Source: Vicugna vicugna
Lineage: Eukaryota
Direction: 5' to 3'
Assembly: GCA_013265495.1 (NCBI GenBank)
Contig: MU063896.1
Span: 5,158,386-5,222,385, forward strand
DNA length: 64,000 bases
The notes beneath the pieces are model-generated. The model saw only the letters and a program-made list of their open reading frames with translations. It was not told the DNA's origin and made no database searches. Both the position numbers and the translations under genes were made by a program. This document shows, in pieces, positions 60,501 through 64,000 of the stretch (position 1 is its first letter; every line of letters begins with the position of its first letter).

Positions 60501-63500
60501 AGGATTCATTCAGAACATTTGCTGAGGATGTGATCATTTCTGAGAGATATGATGAAACTTTCTTCACTGGAACCTTGATTAACTAGTTCAAGGAAATCAG
60601 ACCCTAAAAGAATTAGAGAAAGTCAAAAATTTCTATCAAATTTACTTGATAGTCTGCCAAAATACCCTGGTCCTCAAAGATCAAAGTATATTTGTTCTGC
60701 TACAAAGAAGACTCATACTATGTTAAAGGCCATGTTTAGAGTTCAAGTTCCAAACCAATTTCAGGAGAATCTTATGCTCACTTAGATAAGATACACCAGC
60801 TGATAAGAAAATTACTCCCAGCGCTATTAGGCGTTTTCAGAAATGCCCTCCGCCTTTTAAACAATTAGGATTCCAGTTGGCAAACTATTTTGCAAGAGCC
60901 ACTCATTCAGGATGAGCAAACTTTATGCCAAACCTATGGAAAAAGCACCTGCCTTCTTGGGAAAATGAAAAGCTGCCCCCAAATTACTCTGAGAAATGAT
61001 TGTAATAATTTGTATCATCTTAAATTATGGTGCATATAGAAAATGACAAGTTAATTACAAGTGTGGAATAATTTCCTATCTTGAAAAAAAAAGGCATGGT
61101 GTGAGCAGAGGGATATTTTTTAGCCAGAAAAATACTCAGTTCCTTAAATAAGAGATGCTAAAATTTTCAGAACAATCTTACACACAGTGGCTCCTTTGGG
61201 GGTTAAAATGTCGGGAGAAAGAAATAGCATGAGTACTTTCAGCAAATGCTGTGCTAAATTATATGAATATTTAATATGTGTACTCACTGGAAAGGAATAA
61301 CATGGACTTGGGCTTACGGAATTTTGACTTATGTAATTATTATAATAGAAACCTGACTAGAAGTTTAATATAAAAGACCAAGAGAAATCACAATGATGTG
61401 TCTATTGGCAGCTCAGCCTAACATCAATTATAATCACAGCTTTCCAGTGTAATTTTGTTTTGCTACTTACCAATCAGTGCTGCATATTATTTTCTAGCCA
61501 AGTTTTACTCAGACCAACATCCCCTAGACTGATGGCTCCAAGTCCTTGAAAATGATAGCATCTTTTTCAAATGCTTTATACTCTAAGAAAATAAGAAACT
61601 ATTTAAATATTTTACTGTCATTATGAAAATATGAAATACATTATCTGATTCACAGAACTATAGACACAAATAAGATTGAAAAGAGTATTTGGTGAAAATC
61701 TCTTAACTATTACATTGCAGGCGAGGAAGTAATGACTCTAAGAGTTTAAGTGACTTGGCCAAGGTCACACAGCTAGGAAATGGAGAATCCATTGGTGGTA
61801 TGCTTTCCGCCACACCAACATGTTGTGCAAAAGAAACAAAAAATGCTGAAAGCGTTTTCATTAATCCGAACTACAACATTATGGGTAAAGAAGGATTCAA
61901 ACCTAAGAACATAGATTTGATATATGCTAATGTATCTTTTCACATTCCCAAAGAGTCAGGGACTCTATATGGTCATTATTAATGCACTGCTAAGTCTAAA
62001 TCAAAATAAAGATTCAAGCTCAAAGCAAAATGTTTTTAAATAAATTTGCTAAAGATGAGAGAAAGGCATCAAGAGCGATAAAGAACAAATGTTGGCAAAA
62101 TTATCATATACTATTTCACTGCCAAGTAAAATGTCCCTGGTGAATAAATAGTCAATTGGATAGGAAAATATACTAAAAATCTAAAAATTAGAAACAACAA
62201 AAAGAGACAGTCTAACTGTAAGATTTGTTATTTTCAAATAAATGAAACCATGACCTTTGACTTAATGAAATACACTAGTAGTTAACGATTAAAAGTTGGG
62301 CGTGGAAATAAACATTACCGTTTCTAGTGTCACCAAAACCACTGGAAAAGCACTGTGCCAAAATGTGCTTTGGTGCTTTCTCTTTCTACACAACAGGTTT
62401 GATTCTTTAAGGATTTCAATACCCTGCTCTTATTTGGTGTATTTTCAAGAGAAGTTTAGTATATTCAGTTTTACTGAAATGCTACATTACATGGTGTATT
62501 TGTTACTGTATAAAATATGCTGCTGCAAGTAAGACACAGAAATAAACTTTACAAAAAACAAAATATTTTCACACACGGGACTGACTGCATTAATAATTAA
62601 CAGAAAAGCCTCGCAAGGGAATTTAATGGAAAGTTTCTCATAAGCAAGCTGGCAGAAACTCAGTAGAAATAGGTAGAAAACCAGAGGATAATAAACTGGT
62701 GCCATATGTTTTCACAGTAAAACAATTATATCGTCCGTTCAACAATGAAGATGGAGGTATTATGAATTACAGTGAAACAAAGAAACTGCTCTTTAGTAAA
62801 CAAATATAAAACATAACAGCTAGCAGATTGCCTACTGAACTGAAGGCAAAGGGGCCTGAAGTTACAGCCAGAAGGGAAAAAAAAAAAAAGAAAAGAAAAA
62901 GCCTCAATACAGACTCTAAATCACATGCCCTGAAATCGAGACCAAACTGCTTTCACATGGAGCTTTTTTACTACAGAGATGTTCTTGCCCAGCTTTTTCC
63001 CCCTCAGTCTAATTTCCATAATCTACCTTGCAATCACCTAGAGCTTTAATGAATTATTGTCTCTCTCAGGGTATGTAATGAAAGTTGCCAACACATTAAT
63101 AAACACAGTAACAGGAAAAAAAGAAAGCAAGAAAAAGAAAAGGGAAAAAGTAAAAGAAACCACATACCCTCTTCTGTAGAACTATTGGCGTTATCGCAGG
63201 CAGAGTGACCCTTCTTGCACTCAAACTCATGCCTGCTCTTCTCAGAATGAGCCCCTCTTGTAGATCATGAACGAAATGAAAGAGATCTTTTACAGTTACT
63301 CCTTGGGAACCTCGGGGCTCAGTGCAAAGAAACAACTAGGAAAGTAATAAATGTCACTCTGCTTATGTGATTCCAATCTACCCAAAGCCAATTAAGGATG
63401 GCTGTGGGACAGGACAAGGCAGCGACCAATCAAAGCCCAGAAAACTCCGCCTTTGCCCTTGGAAACACATTCTGATACTTTTGTTTATGATATTTAAAGA

Positions 63501-64000
63501 ACCAGATTAACAGGCATCTAGTTCACTTAACTTTTCTTTCCAAAACAGTGCAATTCAATGCCATTCTTTGTTGACTAGGCTGTTATGTCTTTACTAAAAC
63601 ATTTCAACATATGGCAGATAAGAAACTGTTTACATTGGTCTATTTAAAGTGTGTAAATATGCAGATGCACTAAATTTACTTATGCTACTCATAAAATTGA
63701 TAAATGGGTCGATTGAAACATATTATATGAGGCCCCAAAAATATAATCCTAAAGTTAGAATTGGTCCAAAAATGTTAATTTACAAGTTATAATAAAAGGC
63801 TTTGAATAGACATTTATGCATTTCATCTCCTAAACAGTTAAAATTTTTGTATCATGGACCTTTCAGCTATCCTTTAAGTTACACACTTAAATACTCCTGC
63901 TAAATATTACCTTAACAATCAATCTAAATAATAATGTTAAATATAAAGATGGCATTAAACTACAATATGTGAATTGCAAATGCTTGTTTTTAAAAAGCAC

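Larger units (their letters stand above)
6790..64000 (-). other. GRB14: GRB14 gene, partial (intron 2 through exon 14/3' UTR); exons 1-2 lie outside the window
   Basis: Ten exon segments on the minus strand translate in order to RA, PH, BPS and SH2 segments of GRB14 with consistent splice phases. The 3' boundary is approximate. Confidence 0.98.

Noticed and set aside
1-64000. Prokaryotic-type systems (CRISPR arrays, operons, defence islands) or a novel multi-gene system
   Set aside because: The window is a spliced mammalian gene with eutherian repeats. I saw no regularly spaced repeat-spacer array, intact transposase, RT or retroviral ORF.

Overview
Mammalian genomic DNA, AT-rich and CpG-depleted, with five short N gaps. 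It contains the 3' part of GRB14 (growth factor receptor-bound protein 14; RA-PH-BPS-SH2 adaptor and insulin-receptor inhibitor) on the minus strand. Coding exons 3-7 and 9-12 and the start of exon 14 are directly readable, with canonical AG/GT ends and lengths matching the human gene as I recall it (157, 122, 75, 138, 111, 81, 117, 73, 88 nt). Exons 8 and 13 and most of the exon 14 CDS are not visible and most likely lie in the N gaps at 20796-21007, 8381-8528 and 7021-7152. Exons 1-2 lie beyond position 64000, so 45079-64000 is intron 2, and roughly 1-6400 is downstream intergenic DNA. The rest is ancient eutherian repeat debris (L2, MIR, L1M, MLT1 LTRs, MER5/MER20/MER63/Charlie). There is one young tRNA-Ala-derived SINE of the kind I associate with camelids, which hints at the source organism. 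I found no evidence of a novel biological system. The best second-look items are exon-coincident gaps, a perfect CTCF core, potential unproductive splicing routes, a strong G-quadruplex motif and a five-copy TAATCT cluster. Comparisons to human GRB14 and repeat consensi are from memory, not from searches.
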